A stretch of DNA of 64,000 nucleotides from Octopus sinensis (taxonomy: Eukaryota): the NCBI RefSeq assembly GCF_006345805.1, contig NC_043004.1, positions 64,666,001 through 64,730,000 on the forward strand, in the 5' to 3' direction. Below, piece by piece: positions 55,561 through 64,000 of the stretch. The notes beneath the pieces were generated by a model. It did no database searches. It saw nothing but the letters and a program-made list of their open reading frames with translations, and was not told where the DNA came from. Position 1 is the stretch's first letter. Every line of letters begins with the position of its first letter. The position numbers were made by a program, and so were the translations under genes.

Positions 55561-55630
<70 letters not shown>

Positions 55631-56024
55631 TAATAATAATAATAATAAACATTTATTGTGATTTTTATCTCTTCTGTTTTGTAATTAAATTATTTATTTG
55701 ATTTTCGTCTTCATTTTTTTCCCCAATTTAATTTTATTTAATCCTTAATTAAGTAAGAATTATCGAAACATGTAAATCATTTCATTTCATCAACTAAATC
55801 ATTACCATCATCATCATCATCACAGCCACCTTCATCACCACCACCATCATCATCACCACCACTGTCATCATAAGCACCATCACCACCACCACCACCATCA
55901 GCTATCTCAATCACTATCATCACAACAATCAACATCACCGTAAACAACTTTTAATATCATTATCTAACTGCATCATTTTCTTTCTTCCAAACCTTTCCCT
56001 ATCCTTTTCCCACCCTTTCTTTCC

Positions 56025-56055
<31 letters not shown>

Positions 56056-56650
56056 CTTCTCCATCTCCCTGCCATACCCTCACCCCTCTCCACACACGCA
56101 CACAACACATTATCCCTTGACTCCTGGTTATTACATCAATTTATAATAATCTTACTAGAATCACTGAGTCTACAGAAGTAATCCTATGTTTATTAATCAT
56201 CATCACTCTCATTATTCAGTAAATGTGTGTGTGTGTGTGTGTGTGTGTACACATACAACGATGTATATGTGTCCCTCATTTTGTACATGTGTATGGATCT
56301 GTGTTTAATGTTATCAAATTAGAAATCTGTATCAGTGTGTCTGAATTCCACTGCAATATCTTTCTACAAGACAAAAAGCTGAAACACACACAAACACACA
56401 CATTCGCATATAGCTATACACACATACACATGTGTATTATGTGTGTGTGTGTATGTGTGTATTATGTATTATGTCTGTGTATATATATATATGTGGTGGT
56501 GGTGATGGTGCTAATAGACTGTATATGTATATGTAGGTATTATGTATGTGTATATGAATGTATTTTGTTTAAATGTATCTGTGTATATGTATTATATATA
56601 TATATATATTTATATATCATGTATAAGTGTATATATGTGTGTATATGTAT

Positions 56651-56699
<49 letters not shown>

Positions 56700-57844
56700 A
56701 TATATATCGTGTATAAGTGTATATATGTGTGCATGTTTACGTATATGTAGACATAAGTATGTATGTATTGTATGTATGAAAGAAAAGTAAATGAAATGTC
56801 CCACCTGGCTCCACCTGGTGCCAAATAAGAAACCACAAGATCTCTGAATTATCCTCACTGCCAGGAGCAAGTATCCTTTCTTTTGTCTCCGGGGCCCATT
56901 TATTCAGGGCACACTGGCTCTGTCCCACACACCAGTCCCTCTCTAACCTCACCTCCATTTCTCAGAGGAACTTGATCAAGTTGATGATGGCTTGACTGAA
57001 AAGATGAATGTCTGTCCTCATTCCTTTCAGTCTCAACTAGCATACAATCTCACTGCTTACCAGATAACGGCAAACTACCTGCCCTTCCTGATTGAAAGAA
57101 GGAAGCAGAGTATTCCTAACAACCAAAGCAGCTGTACGGGTTTTGAAGAACTTTTCCTTTTATTTTTTAAAGCAAAATTATTTGAACTCAACAATAGTTT
57201 GTTTACAGTATAGCTCACTGGTAGTATACTCTCCACAGCTTCACCAATAAAAGTATGAAACTATTCACTTTTTTGAGAGTGACCATTCAAACCCCAGTAT
57301 TTGCCTGGTATTATGTTTATCAATTTTGTAAGGATGACTATTTTCAATACGTCTTTCCTTTGTTTAGTTCAGTGACTTCCATCTTGAAGTAATTATTTCC
57401 TGATCAGATCTGATGTAATTAGTGGCAAAGAGCTAAACCAGAGAGAAGTAAATATATATAATGGAACAAATAATGCAATAAATATATATAAATGCAATGT
57501 GTATGTGTGTGCGTAAACATGCACACACACATCATATCTGAAGAGATGATATTGTTAAGTGTAATAGTGAGTGTGAAACCAATGGTAACATTCTGACTAT
57601 GTCATAAGCAGTAATACACACACACACATATACATATAGATAGATAGATACACATACGTATATATATATATATATATATATAAACAATCTTCTTTAAACA
57701 ATCACCTGAGAAAGTGCATTTCACACCTTCAATGCATGATAATGACTAAAAATCACCTTACCAATGTAAAACTGTGTTTAAACAATTGTAGTGATTTTAA
57801 ATAATGTCATTCATTCCATTTCCTATCATTGATATATATATATA

Positions 57845-58494
57845 TAGCAATTAAGGACAACTACTTAATAAGGAAAACTTAACAAGAAATTGTCAGGTAG
57901 ATAGCGTAAAAACCTCATAAGAGAAAAAATTTCGAAAATAATTATTTCTTATTGAACATATTAATTTATATATAGAGGGCATTATACATACATGCCAGAA
58001 GGCACTATACATACATGCCAAATGCTAAGAGGGACAATCAGTCATTTCTACCAAAAATATTACTAATCCCACCGCTATCTACCTGACAATTTCTTGTTAA
58101 GTTTTCCTTATTAAGTAGTTGTCCTTAATTGCTAAATTTTTATTCCGAAAAAACTTTTCCTCTCCCGAAATGCAATTCGTAAAAGTTTGCCATTTACCCG
58201 GATGTAATATATGTAAACTCACCCATGTGCTTCGTTGATGTTGATCAGTTAGCTGATCGGCTTAAGCGGGGCTGGGTCGTTGTTTATTTATAATACATTC
58301 AGGCCTGCTGATGATTACGTAAGTATGAAATCACTGTGATACAGGTCTATATTTTTAAATGTCTTACTTTGAAAAATTGCATTCGGTGGGATTAGTAATA
58401 TTTTTGGTAGAAATGACTGATTGTCCCTCTTAGCGTTTGGCATGTATGTATAGTGCCTTCTGGCATGTATGTATAATGCCCTCTATATATAAAT

Positions 58495-58496
<2 letters not shown>
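57845..58496 (+). mobile_element. Second copy of the 20425 family with permuted, doubly inverted arrangement
   Basis: 57845-57905 pairs with 58072-58134, and 57963-58072 pairs with 58385-58496. HHR at 58301 and (TA)n flanks. Confidence 0.8.
58301..58348 (+). ncRNA. Type I hammerhead ribozyme motif, same family as 20597, stem II base pair degenerate
   Basis: AGGCCTG-CTGATGA-TTAC(GTAA)GTAT-GAAA-TCAC(T)GTGA-TA-CAGGTCT. Stem I differs from the 20597 copy but still pairs. Confidence 0.8.
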
Positions 58497-58526
<30 letters not shown>

Positions 58527-59545
58527 TATAGACGGATGGATGGATAGACAGATGGATAGATAGGTGTGTGTGTCTCCAACCCATGCCAGCATGGAACATG
58601 GACATTAAATGATAATAATGATGAATATATATATATGCTCAAAATATAAAAACATGTACAAATACATAGATATGGGAGTTGTAAAATCAAGACAAGAGAA
58701 ACAACAAAAAGACACATAAAACAGCCCTGCAACAACGATCACCACCACCAAAACCACCACAAATAATAATTAGTAAATACAAAACAATTATTAAATACTG
58801 CAGTTATAAGCTTCTCATTATTTTTTTTCTTCTTTTTATGAAACCTTTTAAAAATTCCTTTTACTTAAAATTCAAGCCTACCATCTTTCAAAGATTAAAA
58901 GAAAGTTTTTTTTGCTTTCTTTTTGTTTTTTTATTTATTTATTTTTTGCATTGCAAACCTTCAAAATAGAATTTAATTAACAAAAGGTTAACGGAGTTTT
59001 TTTTTTGCCTTGTTTTGCTTTTTTGTTTCTAATCATGTTAAGTATTTTTCTTTGTGCTAATTTAAATCTACAAATCAGTACTGATTGTTTATATAATGTA
59101 TGTGTATGTATATGTGTGCATGTGTGTGTGAATACGTGTGTATATTTATATAAATTTATGTATGTGTATGTATATATATGTGTGTGTATGTGGCAAATAA
59201 GTTTATAGGCATACGTTTAATAAACATGTATTTAGCTTCTGTGCTAATAGACTGTTTAGTTAAACCAAAGGGCATATCATGTAGAAGGAGCTGAAGAAAA
59301 ACTTAATTAGTTTTACCTGGCTGTTGCCTGCTCATCAGTAGTGTCTACTTCATTTATTCTACAAAGATAGTTGCTGATATATATATATATATATATATCA
59401 GCAACTCTAAATGCATATATAGATATATATATATGCATCTATATATACATATATAAATATATACATTTATATGCTTATATATGTATATATGCATAAATAT
59501 ATATATATATATATACACACACACAGAGTGAGATATTTCATATGC

Positions 59546-59592
<47 letters not shown>

Positions 59593-61799
59593 CACACATA
59601 TTTATATGTATATTATATTAATATATAATTGATCTAATTATGAGGATGGATACACACACACATGTATACAGTCACACACACACATGTATACAGTCACACA
59701 CACACACTCACTGATTAACTGTGATTGGTAATAGAAGCGTTAACAGAAGAAACAAAAGTTGAGCCAGCAACAACAACAGCACAAATAACAGAAACAACAC
59801 CAACAGCAATGCTACTACCACCACTACCACTACCACCATAAGAGTAATATCAACATCTCCCCAACAACAACGGCAACAACACCCTTATCCCCCCACCCCC
59901 ACCCCATGGCATGTTACATAATGCTTAGTCATTTGTTAGTTTTTCCCACCCACTGAACATTTCTAATTAGCGTTATCAAAGAGAATTAATTACATCACTG
60001 ACCTGTCTTAACAGCTGCAACAATAACAACAACATCAACAACAAGACCTACAAACCAACATTTATGTGGCATCTTGCCATGCTAGAAATATCAGCCAAGC
60101 CTCTCTCAAATCTCACCCTCTTGTCTTTAGAATAGGTGAACTTACTGGGTAACGTAGACCAAGATATATATACAAAAAAATAATAACATAGGTGCAGGCA
60201 TGACTGTTTGGTAAGAAGCTTGCTTCCTAACCACCTGGTTACTTCTTGTCTGTTCTTTTCTGTCTTGTAAGTTACATGGCAACCTCAATAGTGTTGATGC
60301 CACATAAAAAGCACCCAAAACACTCTGTAACGTAATTGACCTTAAGAAAGGCACCCAACTACAGAAACCAAGCCATACATGACACTGGGGCTTGACATGG
60401 CTCTGCATCTTACTAGTTCCTTGTCAAACCATCCTACTCATGCCAGCATGGAACATGGACATTAAATGATGATAATATATATGTGTATATATGACATGCG
60501 ATTTGCAAATATAAATAAGAATTAGATATAAATAATATAAATATATATAAAAAAGTAAAAGATATGCAATTTAAAATATAAATACAGTAAGATTTAAATA
60601 GAAATAATATATATATAAAAGTAAATATATATATATATTTATACACACATATAAGAATTAAAAAAATAAAAAATAAGATGTATACATATTTACAGATTAA
60701 AAAGCCACATGAGATGCCATGATGGTTTTAAGGTGTAGGTACAGGAGGTAGTCAAACTCTGCATAAGGAGTAGACAACCATCATATATATGACAAGCTTC
60801 TTTCAGTTTCCATCTACCAAATCCTCTCAGAAGGCTTTGTCAGCCTGGGGTTATATAGTAAAAGACACTTACACAAGGTGCTGTGCAATGAAACCATATG
60901 CTTGGGAAGCAAACCTCTTAGCTGCTACTCATTTTCAGCTGAGTTGACTTGAGAAACATGGAACCAAGTGTCTTGCTCAAGAACACAATGTACTGCCTAA
61001 TCCTGGAAGTGAAGCCAGAATCTTATGATCATAGGTAAAACATTTTTGGTTTTGATTTCACTACCACCATCTCAATCTAATCTCGAAGGGTGTGTAGTAG
61101 TCATGGAACATAACTTAGGCTTTCCTTAAACCAAGGAAAACAGAAGGGATGGTCTTGACTGGAATCCCTTTGATTAAAGGTCTTATCGTCCAGGACTGGC
61201 CTGGGGTTAAACAAAAACTGCAACAAGAGAAACCAACAGAATTGTACTGTTTACATCACTGTACACTGCTCAGAGAAAGGGAGAAGTCTTGAAGATGGGA
61301 ATTAACTTCAATGTGATGTCATCTGATATTGAACTTTATAAAGCATCACACACATTCCTTCCTTTCTTCATCTTTATCTCTTTCTTTCCTTTCCTCTTCT
61401 CTTCCTCTTCTTTAAGTTCGTTTGCTCTCATTTCTTCACCTGTAATCAAAATAAATTTTTAAAAAACACATAAAAAGACGAAATAAAAAAAAGGAAAACC
61501 CACACCACAACCGACCTCCCATCCACTCACCCAGCATCACCCCACCCCCACCTGCGCAGAAAAATAAATGCATAAAATAAGAAAATGACAATATACTACA
61601 AAAATAACGTCATAGAACAAACATCATCATCAGCAACATCAACGTAGTTTGTAAAGGTCTGATCCAAATTCCATTCCTTCTTCTACAAAAAAATTCTCAA
61701 ATCTAATTTAAGAAAAGAATTTTCCAACATCAAGTTTTTTGTTTTTTTTTATAGAAATTCTTGAACTTTGCATCTTTCAGTACACTAATGTGATATTTG

Positions 61800-62210
61800 T
61801 GTGTGTGTGTAATGTGTTTATAATGTGTGTGTATAATAAGTATATATATGTATGTGTGCATGTGTATAATATATATATATGCATGTGTGTGTTTAATATA
61901 TACATATATCTATGTGTGTGTGTATAAGATAAACATATATGTATGTGTGTGTATAATATATACATATATGTATGTGTGTGTATGATATATACATATGTAT
62001 GTGTGTGTATAATATATACATATATGTATGTGTGTGTATGATATATACATATGTATGTGTGTATATAATGTATACATATGTGTGTGTGTAATGTATGTAT
62101 ATATACATATATATATTATACACACATATATGTATATATGCATATGTGTGTATAATATATATATATATATATGTATTTGTATAATATATCTGTGTGTATG
62201 TGTATATATA
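61800..62210. repeat. Degenerate ~28 bp minisatellite derived from TA/TG microsatellite
   Basis: Recurring unit TATGTGTGTGTATAATATATACATATGT. Confidence 0.75.
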
Positions 62211-62326
62211 TACACACACACACACGCATTCATATACATATACGTTCATATACACACACGTTCATATACATACATTAGTAATGAACTAAAAGAATGAGTA
62301 CTCAGCACTGGATATGTGTGTGTGTC

Positions 62327-62371
<45 letters not shown>

Positions 62372-62706
62372 GACAGAGAGATGTGTATGTTTATATGTAT
62401 TCATGTGTGTGTGTACTTGTGTAGGTAATAGCATTTATGTATGTGTGAGTGCATATTTGCGTGTATACACATACACACACTAATACAAAAAATAATTGCT
62501 AAAAATATATATAAAAAAACACACAACCAAAACAAAATCAAGAAAGCCATTAAAAATATAAAATAAACCATTTTTTCGAAACTCCTTAAAATGGTTGGCA
62601 GAATCTCTTCAGAGTCTAAGATTATTATTGAATATCTGGAAATAATATCATGACACATTCTTTCATTGATTAATATTTAAATTATTTTATTTATTTATTT
62701 ATTAAG

Positions 62707-62749
<43 letters not shown>

Positions 62750-63360
62750 AAGATGAGCTGGGATTGGGCGGTATTGGAATATCATGGTAGGGGAAGATTA
62801 ATTTAGAATTATGTAGGTGAGGGGTAATTAATAAACATTTATTAAACATTTCTTACTCCTCAGAGCAATACTAAAATAGGGGATTCCAAATTTTGGAAGA
62901 ATGTCAGAAATGGTTTGGTTGGGGAGAAAGTGTGTGATTGATCAATCAATTGATCTCAAATAAATTCGATTGATACCTTAACAGAATTCAAAACTTAGAA
63001 CAGACACAGATATAACTAAGTACCATTTTACAAATTCAGACATTTACCACCCTTCACAAATAATAATAATAATGATAATAATAATAATAACAATAATAAT
63101 AATAATAATAATAATAATAATCCTTTCTACTATAGGCACAAAGCCTGGAATTTGTGGGGTGGGGGACTAGTCGATTACGTTGACCTCAGTGTTTCATTAG
63201 TACTTAATATATTGACCCTGAAAGGATGAAAGGCAAAGTCGACCTCAGCAGAATTCGAACTCAGAACATAAAGACGGACGAAATGCTGCTTAGCATTTTG
63301 TGTAGAATATTAATGATGCTGCCAGCTTACCACCTTAATTAAAATTAAAATAATAATATT

Positions 63361-63730
63361 AACAAGAGCACAAAGAGAGCACAAACCTCTGTCAAGGCAA
63401 CACTAACGTCTTCTCAACGATTAGCCAGAGATGATTTTTAAAACGAGAATATCTGAAATAAACTCAACTACTCTCACAAGCTTGAATATTAAAAATGAAC
63501 CTGACCGCTCTCAAAAATTAAGTTAAAAAAAGCAGAAAAATAATTCAGAATCCTTGTCCGATATGAGAATGGTCCCAAAATCTAACCAGTTTTTGCCAGT
63601 TACGCAGCCAAACATCCCTGAAAGTTGTGTCCAAATCCATCCTGTGGATCTTGAGATATCTTGTCCAAGGACAAACAAACAAACAAACATGACTGAAAAC
63701 AATACCTCCACTTTCACTAAGGTGGAGGCA

Positions 63731-63733
<3 letters not shown>
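63361..63733 (-). mobile_element. Second copy of the Helentron-like element
   Basis: Reverse complement homologue of 26106-26445. It explains the similar spurious ORFs 25973-26326 and 63554-63790. Confidence 0.65.
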
Positions 63734-63761
<28 letters not shown>

Positions 63762-64000
63762 TCATGTCCACAATAGTTACAAGGCCTTAAAATTTTGTAG
63801 GCTAACCAATTACACTGACACCCCAACAAACCCACAACCCTCAAGAAGGATGATAAGAAAAGCTGACTTTGGTAAAATTTGAACTTAAAATGTAAAGAAA
63901 TGTCAGTAAGCATTTTGTGTAACATGCTAGTGATTCCACCAGCTTTCAATGATAATAATAATCCTTTCTACCATAGGCACAAGGCCTGAAATTTGATGGG

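Larger units (their letters stand above)
52837..55562 (-). mobile_element. Head-to-tail cluster of at least 7 SINE family B copies in the opposite orientation, separated by (AAT)n
   Basis: Units at about 52837, 53087, 53370, 53557, 53832, 55140 and 55365. More minus-strand copies at 63120-63340 and 63770-64000. Confidence 0.85.

Noticed and set aside
52837-55562. CRISPR-like or satellite array
   Set aside because: The units are ~210 bp diverged SINE copies separated by (AAT)n in eukaryotic DNA, with no short constant repeat and unique spacer structure.

Overview
This is AT-rich, microsatellite-dense animal genomic DNA. The repeat families and simple-repeat density look like an octopus genome, but that is inference. 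The only host gene I can support is a CELF3-6/Bruno-like RNA-binding protein on the + strand. Two exons encoding most of RRM2 lie at 16324-16452 and 24066-24145, and I found no flanking CELF exons, so the rest of the window is probably intron (>16 kb upstream, 7.6 kb between the exons, >39 kb downstream). The introns hold tRNA-derived SINE families, RTE and CR1 LINE fragments, Penelope-like (PLE) remnants including a GIY-YIG endonuclease fragment, Helentron-type and Tc1/pogo-type non-autonomous elements, and a 1.3 kb tandem duplication. The most unusual signal is about 11 type I hammerhead ribozyme (HHR) motifs from about 9 sequence-unrelated families, read by eye. Most sit in short non-coding elements next to simple repeats, and several of those elements carry an inverted copy of their own 3' part at the 5' end. 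One family joins a tRNA-like Pol III head to an HHR tail. Most HHRs are sense to the CELF pre-mRNA, including one with an intact core between the two RRM2 exons. Nearly all ORFs in the supplied track are microsatellite or repeat artefacts. Repeat boundaries are approximate, and no folding, alignment or database search was run.
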